Program-made: the position numbers and the translations under genes | Shown: piece by piece, positions 42,762 to 51,510 of the stretch | Layout of the letters: each line of letters starts with the position of its first letter | How positions within the stretch are numbered: the stretch's first letter is position 1 | Notes under the pieces: model-generated | Seen by the model: the letters and a program-made list of their open reading frames with translations, nothing else | Told to the model about the DNA's origin: nothing | The model's database searches: none | Assembly (NCBI GenBank): GCA_963665095.1 | Contig: OY762069.1 | Span: forward strand, 5,440,001-5,504,000 | Length of the DNA: 64,000 nt | Direction: 5' to 3' | Origin: an uncultured Desulfobacter sp. | GTDB taxonomy: Bacteria; Desulfobacterota; Desulfobacteria; Desulfobacterales; Desulfobacteraceae

Positions 42762-43828
42762 GCAGCAACGCGAGTGACGGAAACGATGGTACTTCCAAAA
42801 ACGAGAGAGTGGATCAAATGAAAATTTTGAATATCGGCATTGATCTTGGCACCTCAAGAAGTGCTATGTCGGCCAGCAACAGAAAAAGAGACTGGGTGGA
42901 AAGCTATGTGGGATGGCCCAAGGATTTTGTCGCCCAGAAGATGCTGGGCAAACGTGTCCTGTTAGGTGGGGATGCCCTGAAGAACCGCTTGTCACTGAAC
43001 CTTTACCGGCCGCTGGAGCATGGCGTGATCAAGGACGGGTCGGAATTCAATGAAGCGGCCGTCAAAGAGATCGTTGGCTGTTTAATTGACGTGGCCCTGG
43101 CAAAAAACGGGGATGAAGAGATGGACCTGCGCATTATTGTGGGCGTGCCGTCGGATTCGTTCAAGGAGAATAAAATGGCCATCAAGCGGCTGCTGTCAGG
43201 GTTTTCCGAATCGATCATGGTCGTGTCCGAGCCCTTTTCCGTGGCCTATGGGATGAACGAGCTGAACAACTCCATGGTCATTGATATCGGCGCCGGCACC
43301 ATGGATTTCTGTATCATGCACGGCACCATGCCCTCTGAAGATGACCAGAAAACCGTTCTCATCGCAGGAGATCACATTGACCGGCAGCTTGAAACCTATC
43401 TGAGGGAACGCTATCCCGAGGCCAATTTTACCTTGAATATGGTTCGCCGATTCAAGGAGCAGTACAGCTTTGTGGGGGATGCCCCAAACACCGTGAGCGT
43501 GGATATTCCGGTGAACGGCAAACCCACCCCCCACAACATCACAGCCGAAATGAAGCGCGCCTGTGAAAGCATTCTGCCGGGGCTGACAGAAACCATGCTG
43601 GAGTTAATTTCCGATTTTGATCCCGAGTTCCAGGAAATTGTACGGCAGAATATTATTCTTGCCGGCGGCGGCAGTCAGATCCGCGGCCTTAAGGAGTACA
43701 TTGAAAAGGTGCTCAAAGAGTACGGCCCATGCCAGGTGCATAGAATCAATGATCCGCTTTATGCCGGTGCGGACGGTGCCCTGGCCCTGGCCGAAGACAT
43801 GCCGGAAGAGTACTGGCAGAACAGCTGA
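42758..43828 (+). CDS. MamK-like bacterial actin
   Basis: 'GIDLGTS', 'S.VGWPKD', 'RPLEHGV', 'VVSEPF.VAYG', 'DIGAGT.D', 'KEQYSFVG', 'F.PEFQ..V.QNIILAGGGSQIRGL', C-terminal 'GALALAEDMPEEYW'. These match remembered MamK motifs better than MreB; no search was run. Confidence 0.8.
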   Translation: MSSNASDGNDGTSKNERVDQMKILNIGIDLGTSRSAMSASNRKRDWVESYVGWPKDFVAQKMLGKRVLLGGDALKNRLSLNLYRPLEHGVIKDGSEFNEAAVKEIVGCLIDVALAKNGDEEMDLRIIVGVPSDSFKENKMAIKRLLSGFSESIMVVSEPFSVAYGMNELNNSMVIDIGAGTMDFCIMHGTMPSEDDQKTVLIAGDHIDRQLETYLRERYPEANFTLNMVRRFKEQYSFVGDAPNTVSVDIPVNGKPTPHNITAEMKRACESILPGLTETMLELISDFDPEFQEIVRQNIILAGGGSQIRGLKEYIEKVLKEYGPCQVHRINDPLYAGADGALALAEDMPEEYWQNS

Positions 43829-43850
43829 GTTTTATCGGTCAGGCCCGGAA

Positions 43851-44252
43851 TCAGGCAAGGTCTGTATCCTGTAATTCTATCACAAAATAATACTCCCCGG
43901 GCCGGGTACCCCATTCCGGGTTACCCAGGTCCACGGAAATGGATTTAACGGCCCGGGTAACCCTTTGAATCGACTGGTCGTGCCTGACGCATCCGTTTTT
44001 AAAAACTGCCGTGTCGATTTTTCGAAATCGTGCGTCAAAGCAATCCATGCAGTCCCGGGGACCCCTATGACGGTCAAAAGGGTGTTTCAGGGCGTTTAAA
44101 AAGTCATTAAACACCCGGGCGTCAATATCCCGCTCAAATTTGATTAATCGTTTAGCCCAGTATTTTTTAATTTCTTTGTATTCTTTGGCTTCCCGGCCGG
44201 ATTTGATCCGGTCAAACCCTTTTTCTGTCAAGGTTACATGCAGGCTCCTCAT
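43851..44252 (-). CDS. ASCH/PUA-like domain protein
   Basis: 'LHVTLTEKGFDRIKSG...EY.EIKKYW.KRL' and C-terminal 'G.PEWG..PG.YYFVIEL'. Confidence 0.6.
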   Translation of the reverse strand: MRSLHVTLTEKGFDRIKSGREAKEYKEIKKYWAKRLIKFERDIDARVFNDFLNALKHPFDRHRGPRDCMDCFDARFRKIDTAVFKNGCVRHDQSIQRVTRAVKSISVDLGNPEWGTRPGEYYFVIELQDTDLA

Positions 44253-44390
44253 TGTTTTTCCTCAAATAGAATGCGCATTTGTTTCATCTGATATGGCTGT
44301 AGAAGTCCCCCATTTTCATTTAATTTGTATCCTGTCCGGGCTGGTGGTAAATTATGAAAAGATCATAACAGAAAAACAGCCAAAGGAGAA

Positions 44391-44900
44391 TTGATAGCAA
44401 TGGCAGACAATACAGCCCCGTATGGGTGGGATGCCTCAATGGGAATATCCCTGCATGACAAGATCAGGCAGGATATGAAGGCATCCATGGTAAAAAAAGA
44501 TACCGAAGTCCGGGATACCATGCGCCTTATCATGGGGGCGTTTCCCGACATCACGGTTCCCATCACCCTTGAAAGCGGCAAAAAATCCACCCGGTCCAAA
44601 AAGCCGGAAGAGATCACGGATGAGGATATCCATGACATCATCCGGAAGTTCGTAAAATCGGAAAAAACCGTACTGGAACTAAAAAAAGAGACCACGTCGG
44701 ATTATCTGGAACTGTTAGAGGCATATCTGCCCAAAATGGCCACCACCGAAGAGATAGAAGCCTGGATCAAAACCAATGTGGACTTTTCCACCGTGAAAAG
44801 CCCCATGCAGGCCATGGGCGCCGTTATGAAACATTTTGGCAAACTTGCCGACGGGAACCAGGTCAAGGCTATTCTTCAGGGGATGAGTGGCGGGAAGTAA
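44391..44900 (+). CDS. GatB/YqeY domain protein
   Basis: 'L..KI..DMK.SM..KD...RD..RLI', 'LEAYLPK..T.EEI', 'AMGAVMK'. Confidence 0.85.
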   Translation: MIAMADNTAPYGWDASMGISLHDKIRQDMKASMVKKDTEVRDTMRLIMGAFPDITVPITLESGKKSTRSKKPEEITDEDIHDIIRKFVKSEKTVLELKKETTSDYLELLEAYLPKMATTEEIEAWIKTNVDFSTVKSPMQAMGAVMKHFGKLADGNQVKAILQGMSGGK

Positions 44901-44976
44901 ACTGAAATCCTGCTTTGTTGCAGGCCTCAACCGCATGGGGGCAAACTGTTTTCAGAACAGCCCCCAATTGTAATAA

Positions 44977-45276
44977 ATGAATTTTGAAGAATTTAAAAAT
45001 AATATAAAGAATGTGGCTGTGGGCAAGCACTTGCCTGATGCCTTGTATCTTCATAAATCAGTATTAGATAACGTGCCTGATTCACTAAAAGCGTTTATAG
45101 TAGACGCCATTAGTAATCTAAATCTTTCAACAGAGCCTTGGACAGTCCTGAAATTATACAAAAGGGAATTCACAATATCTTTATTGAATTATCCTGAATT
45201 ATATAACGAAGGATTCCCCTCTTTAACAAGCAGCTGTTTCATTGACCTGCAAGACTTAGGGTTTGCGCAAAAATAA
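44977..45276 (+). pseudogene. N-terminal fragment resembling the DNA phosphorothioation-associated putative methyltransferase
   Basis: 'VGKHLPDALYLHKS', 'W.VLKL....F.ISLLNYP.....GFPSL..S..IDL'; ends abruptly at an IS end near 45256. Confidence 0.6.
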
Positions 45277-45383
45277 TATAATCAACTTCTTGGCATAATC
45301 AAATAATTCCACTCGCCGTGAAAATCAGCCCGTTGAATTGACAGCGATTCCCTCTCTGCGTCTGTCACCTTGATACCTTTTGG
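45256..45383 (-). mobile_element. ISAzo13-family transposase C-terminal remnant with IS end
   Basis: Minus strand 45383-45282 reads PKGIKVTDAERESLSIQRADFHGEWNYLIMPRS*, the 'GIKV.D.....I....FHGEWNY.I.P' tail of ISAzo13 transposases. Confidence 0.7.
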
Positions 45384-45594
45384 GCCGAGCTGTTTTTTGT
45401 TTCAAATTGCAATCAGGCATGCGCACGGGCTCTGATGTTTTAGAAAATGCTGCCGATTGTGTTGTGATTCATCCCTGGAAATAATATGGCCCTGGCCAAT
45501 GAGGAGAGCTGCCGGGAACCTGCGTGAGGATCTCTTAGATTGTAAAATAACCGTTTGAATGGTCATCCTTATCAATTCTGAATTTTAAAACAAA

Positions 45595-45622
45595 TTGACA
45601 ACAAGACCTGTTACAGTATACT
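45595..45622 (+). promoter_or_regulatory. Sigma70 promoter of selC
   Basis: TTGACA-16 bp-TATACT just upstream of the tRNA. Confidence 0.7.
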
Positions 45623-45636
45623 TTGTTGCCGATCAC

Positions 45637-45734
45637 GGAAGCACACGGCTCACTGGTGGGGCCCTCGGACTTCAAATCCGATGTGCGGGGCTAATACCCT
45701 CGCGGGTGGGTTCGATTCCCATGTGCTTCCGCCA
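45637..45734 (+). tRNA. selC: tRNA-Sec (anticodon TCA)
   Basis: 98 nt; 8-bp acceptor stem GGAAGCAC/GTGCTTCC, long D stem, anticodon arm TCGGA-CTTCAAA-TCCGA, long variable arm, GCCA end. Confidence 0.96.
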
Positions 45735-45773
45735 TTTTTATATTTAAATTCAAGTTATTGTCTTTTTAAATCC

Positions 45774-45791
45774 CCCGACAAAACCCGACAA
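45774..45791 (+). repeat. Tandem CCCGACAA(AA) repeat, putative integrase arm site (left)
   Basis: CCCGACAAAACCCGACAA, identical to 55996-56013. Confidence 0.75.
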
Positions 45792-45953
45792 AGTTAAACT
45801 GGTTCTCTCCTCTCTTTCTTCGGCCTCTTGTTCCTTTCCCCATTTATTTCCTTGGACATTGATGTCGTATCAATAAGGTGTTTTGAATTATAAAATCCCC
45901 ATTTTTAAAAATAAAAAATTTAAAAAACTTGGCCCTACCGGTCTTGAGGGTGC

Positions 45954-46215
45954 GTTAGACTCTCCGGCATTGATAAAAATGTTCGGCCCAGATCGTTTGA
46001 ATAATTAAAAAACTCTCAACCGAACTTTTCGTCAATGGCGGGGAGTCCAACAACCGCAGGGCGTTAGTCTCTATCTTTAATCCTGAGCTTGTGGTCTATT
46101 TTACGATCATGATGCTTTGTGATTGGTTAAGCAGCTTCCCCCTGGCAAGCGGGTCCGCTTTTGCGGTAACGCTTGCCAGGGGGAAGCTGTTTTCCTGATC
46201 AGATGTCATCATCGA
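45954..46215. other. Long hairpin region, putative single-strand origin or packaging signal
   Basis: Imperfect IR 45954-46052; perfect 20-bp IR 46132-46151/46170-46189 with inner CCGC-TTTT-GCGG. Confidence 0.6.
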
Positions 46216-46368
46216 CTTGAAACCTTGAACTCATAGTGGGGATTTCCTTTAACTTGATTCATATAGAATAATTGTCACCAGATTCTTGAAAAAGTGTGTT
46301 TAAAAACCACAATAACATTGACAAGCTATATTATTTGTTCTTTACTAATCAAAATGGAAGGGAAAATT

Positions 46369-46749
46369 ATGACCAAGAAACCAAATAAAGAACGCTATAA
46401 CGTATATCTCGACAAGGAAAGCGTTGATATCGTTAAGGAGTTTATAAAGGGCACGGGATTAAGTTTATCGTCCTATTTGGACTTAATGACTTGTATTGCG
46501 GCTGATAGGATTATGGATTTTTGGACGATGCAATTTTCTGATGAATTTGAACCCACTAGCGAGGATGGCAATAACAAATACTGCAACATTTTGGTTGCTC
46601 ACCGGGTATTGCGATTGGCAGATTCAAAATTAAGCAATATCAGGATGAGCCCGAGTCAAATTAAAAAAATAAAAACCGGAGAATGGCATATTGAAATAGA
46701 CGATGATTTCGGTATTAGAATAAATCCGTTTAAAAAAGAAAATAAATAA
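46369..46749 (+). CDS. Putative CopG/ribbon-helix-helix-like regulator
   Basis: N-terminus 'KERYNVYLDKESVDIVKEFIKGTGLSLSSYL' fits a beta-strand-helix-G-S-helix pattern; directly upstream of rep. Confidence 0.45.
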   Translation: MTKKPNKERYNVYLDKESVDIVKEFIKGTGLSLSSYLDLMTCIAADRIMDFWTMQFSDEFEPTSEDGNNKYCNILVAHRVLRLADSKLSNIRMSPSQIKKIKTGEWHIEIDDDFGIRINPFKKENK

Positions 46750-47655
46750 GCTCAAGGGCGGTGCTGCAACACCACCCTTGAACCACATGTTCCAGAGAAC
46801 AATAACGCCGTGCAAGCAATTATGTGGCTCGGAACACTTCTTATATATAGCTTTTCGTAAGTAGTGTCAAATTTCAAGACCTCTTTGGGATATTTGAAAA
46901 CATTAATATTTTTTCAAATTCCAAGGGGGCTTTTTGTTTTGGAAACTCCAAAAATTGGAAAATGCCTGCATCCAGTCGGGGCTTTTTCAGGTATCACTCT
47001 TGACGGTAAAAAAATAGTCGCTGGGACGCTTCGCTGTAACTCTTGGACCTGCCCAGTTTGTCAACCGATTCTTATCAAAAAACTTTATAAAAGAATTCTT
47101 CAAGGGGCTATCGGTAAGGATGGAACTTCTCGTTATGGGTTGAAATTTTTAACTTTGACCTTTGCCGGAGCTGACGAAAGGCATCGAATAAAGGAAATGA
47201 TCGAAAAGCATAATAACGAACTATTTAAAAAGCCTGATAAAAACAGACCTTATGATCATGAACGCAAAGTCGAGAAAAAATTAGTTTACCCAGAGGTTGT
47301 CTATGACATCATGACCAAAAATTTTCATAAACTGATCCGGGCATTAAAAAAGCAATATGGGGATTTTTATTATTTCAGGGTAAATGAATTACAAAAGGAT
47401 GAAACACCACATTTCCATGTCTTGTTGGCAGGGAACGCTGTTATTCCCAAAGGTATTTTAGAGGCTGTCAGGGCCGTCTTGAAAATGCAGCCAAATCCCC
47501 GGTTTGAAAATGTATGTTCTTAGCTGGTTTTTCTTCTCTTAAAAATCAAATTTAAAAATTTCGTCTTCTTCATTTTTTTCCTTTCTTTGCCCTATGCTTT
47601 TTTCCGTACATACTGATCTTATTCATGTCTGATTTGAATCGGAGGCAATATGTAG

Positions 47656-48222
47656 ATGGGACTACTCAAGAAAAGAAGGTGCCGAAATTGTAGAAGATTA
47701 TTCGCTCCTAATCCAAGAAATATAGACTCTCAAAAATACTGTTCCAGATCTGAGTGCAGAAAAGCCAGCAAAAGGTGCAGCCAGAAAAAATGGCTGAACA
47801 AGCCTGAAAATCGAAACTACTTTTGTGGGCCTGCCCATGTTGAACGTGTTCAGGAATGGAGAAAGAAGAATCCCGGATATTGGAAGAAGACCAAAAGCCC
47901 AGATACGTTACAAGACTCGATATTGCCCCAACAGGCTGAAAATAAACAGGATTCAACGCAATTCATGGACAATGCGTTACAAGATTTCTTACGGGCGCAA
48001 CCTCCTGTCATTATAGGGTTAATCGCCAACTTTACAGGCAGTGCGTTACAAGATGACATCGCTTCCACGCTCCTTCGTATGAAAAAATACGGGCAAGACA
48101 TTTTATGTTCACAACCCCAAAAAGAAGGAGAGCAAAATGATTGCAAAGGCCCCCATTTTACCATCCAGGGTTCGAAAAACACCCCAAAGCTTCAGTTGGA
48201 TCGATCATCGCCTGGTGCGTGA
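47656..48222 (+). CDS. IS21-borne Cys-rich hypothetical protein
   Basis: 'CRNCRRLF.PNPRN...QKYC...EC.KASK', 'RVQEWRKKNPGYW'; GGAGG RBS. Confidence 0.65.
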   Translation: MGLLKKRRCRNCRRLFAPNPRNIDSQKYCSRSECRKASKRCSQKKWLNKPENRNYFCGPAHVERVQEWRKKNPGYWKKTKSPDTLQDSILPQQAENKQDSTQFMDNALQDFLRAQPPVIIGLIANFTGSALQDDIASTLLRMKKYGQDILCSQPQKEGEQNDCKGPHFTIQGSKNTPKLQLDRSSPGA

Positions 48223-48523
48223 ACGGCACATTGACAGGTGTACACACTCCCAGTCCGCCCTATATCTGTTTCTGGTGTGTGTGGCCGACAGTCAAGGCAT
48301 CAGCTACTATGGAGATAAGGCGATCATGGATCGGCTGTGCATGGATTCTGATGGCCTGAAGACAGCACGTTCCGGGTTAATACAGAATGGGCTGATTGCC
48401 TGGCAGAGACCTATTTACCAGGTGCTTGCCCTTGACCCTGCTCCTGGTAAATCAAAACGGCACGGCTCCATGCTGCGTCTTTCAGATATTCTAAAAGCAG
48501 CAGCGGAGGGCAACCATGATTGA
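48137..48523 (+). CDS. IS21-borne hypothetical protein (possible winged HTH)
   Basis: 'FSWIDHRLVR...LYLFLVCVAD..G.SYY', 'YQVLAL'; overlaps the istA start. Confidence 0.65.
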   Translation: MIAKAPILPSRVRKTPQSFSWIDHRLVRERHIDRCTHSQSALYLFLVCVADSQGISYYGDKAIMDRLCMDSDGLKTARSGLIQNGLIAWQRPIYQVLALDPAPGKSKRHGSMLRLSDILKAAAEGNHD

Positions 48524-50215
48524 TTACGAAACCTATGTTCAAATCAGAAATTACTTTACCCGAGACGGCCTGACATACAGCCAGATTGCCAATGCCCTTG
48601 ATCTGGACCCCAGGACAGTTGCCAGGTGGGCCAACCTGAAAAGGTACCAGCCCAGACAGTCAGCCCCCAGAGAAAGCAAGCTTGATCCGTATAAGAACGC
48701 CATCCTGCATATGCTTGAAAAACATCCCTACAGTTCCCGCCAGATATTTCAACGAATCACCCAGGATGGTTTTGCCGGGGGCATCACCATTGTTGAGGAT
48801 TATGTCAGGAAGGTGCGGCCGCCCAAAACAAAGGCGTATTTGAAACTGAGTTTTGCTCCGGGTGAAGCTGCCCAGGTGGACTGGGGTTCTTATAGTACAG
48901 TAAGGGTGGGCAACACGACCCGGCGGTTGAGCTTTTTTGTGATGGTGATGTGCCACAGCCGCATGATGTACGTTGAGTTCACGGTCTCCCAGACCATGGA
49001 GCATTTTTTAGGCTGCCACCAGAATGCATTTGAGTTTTTTGGAAAGGTGCCGGAAAAGGTCATGGTGGACAATCTCAAATCCGCTGTTCTAAAAAGACTG
49101 CTGGGGAAAGCCCCGGTCTTCAACCCCAGATACCTTGATTTTGCAGATTATTACGGATTTACAATTGTTCCCTGTAATGTGCGCAAGGGTAATGAAAAAG
49201 GCCGGGTTGAAAATGCTGTGGGCTATGTCAAAAAGAATCTGCTCAACGGTCTTGAAATCCCTGATTTTAAGATCATGGAGCCCACCTGCAAACACTGGCT
49301 TGATACTGTCGCCAATGTCAGAACCCACGGAGAGACCGGTCAAAAGCCCGCAGAGATGTATGCCCTGGAATTGCCCCACCTATACCCTCTGCCGTCAGAA
49401 CCCTATGATATCGGTGTGGTAAAGCAGGTACGGGCTTCAAGACAGTACAGGGTAGTCATCGATACAAATGCTTACACAGTACCCGCCCAGCTGGCAGGGG
49501 TGGCTTTGACTGCCAAGCTTTACCCTGATCGGATCTGCTTTTACCATGAAGACAAGTTGGTTGCCCGCCATGTCAGATCCTATGGCCGCAAAAACGACCT
49601 TGAAGATCCTGATCACTCTAAAATCCTTTTGAGCCAGCGCAAAAAGGCCAGAGACCAGGCAATTTATATGCGTTTTTTAAGCCTCTCTGACAAGGCCCGG
49701 GAGTATTACAGGCAATTGCAGAACAGGCGGCTTAACGCCTCCCATCATGTACGGCAAATCGTGGCCTTGAGTGAAATCTACTCCCGGGAACAAGTTGCCA
49801 TGGCCATTGAAGATGCCTTTAAGTTCTCTGCATTCTCATGTGAATACATCGCCAACCTCCTTGAGCAGCGGGTTCGGTCTCCTGAAGTGGACCCCATGTC
49901 AAGACCGATTTTAACGTTTTTTAAGCTACATTTTCTCTGTTTCTAATTTCGAATCAGCCTGTTAAAGACCCTCTTTTCCGGCATATTTTTCTTGATATTT
50001 AATACCGCTATGTTATCCTCCCGCCGCCAACCCGGAGGATAGGGCAATGCTGGGAAGCAACCTGAGCGCCGTGGCTGGCGACGAAGACATGGGGGCAGTA
50101 TACGTTTAATGTATGCTGTCCTTCCCCCATGTTTTTGTCCTTAATGCGTTAAATCCTCGCGCCTTAGCGCGAAATCAATACCCCGTAGGGCCGCCGGAGG
50201 CATCAGGCCTTTCCT

Positions 50216-51022
50216 TTAAGCCGCTCGATAGACCGAAAACGGCACCTTATACCCCAGGGCTGAATGAAGTCTCTCCCGATTATAAAACCCGATAAACGCT
50301 TTTAACGATTGCTGAGCCTCTCTTACCGTTCTGTAGTCCTTCAAATAGACTTCTTCGTATTTAATCGTTCTCCACAGCCGTTCCACAAAAACGTTGTCCA
50401 AGGCTCTGCCCTTTGAATCCATGCTGATTTTGATGTTTTTAGCCTGGAGTATCTTCAAAAATTTTAATGAAGTGAACTGACTACCCTGGTCAGTGTTGAA
50501 AATCTCAGGTGTCGATACAATCAATGCCTCCTCAAGGGCCTCAATACAAAATGTATTCTCAAGGGTGTTACTGAGGCGCCATGAAAGGACATATCTGCTA
50601 AACCAATCCATAACCGCCAATAAGTACATAAATCCGTTTCCAATTCTAATGTATGTGATATCTGTACTCCATACCTGATCTGGCCTGTCAATTACGGCAT
50701 TTTTCAGCAAATAGGGGTAAACTTTATGGCTTTCATCCCTCCTTGTTGTTTTAGGTCCTGGGTAAATCGCTTCTATTCTCATCAGCTTCATCAGGCGCTG
50801 TACTCGTTTCCTGCTTACCGGATACCCCATATTGTTCAGCCAGGCTGTAAGCCTACGGCTTCCATAAAAGGGGGTTTTGGTATGCTGCTCATCAAGCAGA
50901 TCCATAAGGGTTAATGTATACGGGCTTATGGCTACCGGCCTGTAATACAACGCCCCTTTTGAAACCTGAAGCAGTTCACACTGCCGGTTAATGCTGATGG
51001 AAGGATGTTGTTTATCTATCAA
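50216..51022 (-). CDS. IS3 transposase OrfB (rve DDE domain)
   Basis: 'FYGSRR', 'WSTDITY', 'FNTDQGSQFTS', 'DNVFVERLWRTIKYE'. Confidence 0.92.
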   Translation of the reverse strand: MIDKQHPSISINRQCELLQVSKGALYYRPVAISPYTLTLMDLLDEQHTKTPFYGSRRLTAWLNNMGYPVSRKRVQRLMKLMRIEAIYPGPKTTRRDESHKVYPYLLKNAVIDRPDQVWSTDITYIRIGNGFMYLLAVMDWFSRYVLSWRLSNTLENTFCIEALEEALIVSTPEIFNTDQGSQFTSLKFLKILQAKNIKISMDSKGRALDNVFVERLWRTIKYEEVYLKDYRTVREAQQSLKAFIGFYNRERLHSALGYKVPFSVYRAA

Positions 51023-51032
51023 CCCCCTTCTG

Positions 51033-51317
51033 TCAGAGATTGATTGTATTAACCTTTTTTTTTAACCAGTCATTCTCAACTTCGAGCTGACCGATTTTCT
51101 TATATAATTCGTCTATTAGATTCTGAGTATCATTTGGGCTTTTCTTTTTCGCTGATGAAAACAACGTCGGAAGACCCTCTATCGCTTCTTTCTTCCATCT
51201 GTTTAACATAGTTCGATGAACCTGGTATTTGGATGACAACTCCGCAAGAGTTTCATTTTCTCGAATCACATCAACTACAACTTTAGCTTTGAACTTTCCG
51301 GTATAATTTTTTCTCAT
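51033..51317 (-). CDS. IS3 transposase OrfA (HTH)
   Basis: 'RKNYTGKFKAKV...TLAELSSKYQVH....RWKK', 'LYKKIGQL.VE.DWLKKK'. Confidence 0.9.
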   Translation of the reverse strand: MRKNYTGKFKAKVVVDVIRENETLAELSSKYQVHRTMLNRWKKEAIEGLPTLFSSAKKKSPNDTQNLIDELYKKIGQLEVENDWLKKKVNTINL

Positions 51318-51510
51318 GGACCTCCTTTTTCGGTACAAATTTGAACCGGGTTTTTATCACCTCATATGTACCTTAGCAACTGGTTCAAATTTCGGGGTCC
51401 ATTATATCCCCAGGAGCCCGGAGCCCTGCATGTTACACATAAAGCAGATTTACTGAACCTGACAATCCAGGAGCCTGATCTTAATATTTATACCGCCATA
51501 GGAGATAAAA

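Larger units (their letters stand above)
49883..51406 (-). mobile_element. IS3-family insertion sequence
   Basis: IRs TGAAGTGGACCCC... and ...GGGGTCCATTATA; 3-bp TSD TCC (49880-49882 and 51407-51409); orfA/orfB. Confidence 0.93.

Noticed and set aside
42758..43828. Canonical mreB, or evidence of a magnetosome island
   Set aside because: No mreC/mreD and the motifs are MamK-type; no other mam/mad genes are in the window, so magnetotaxis cannot be claimed.
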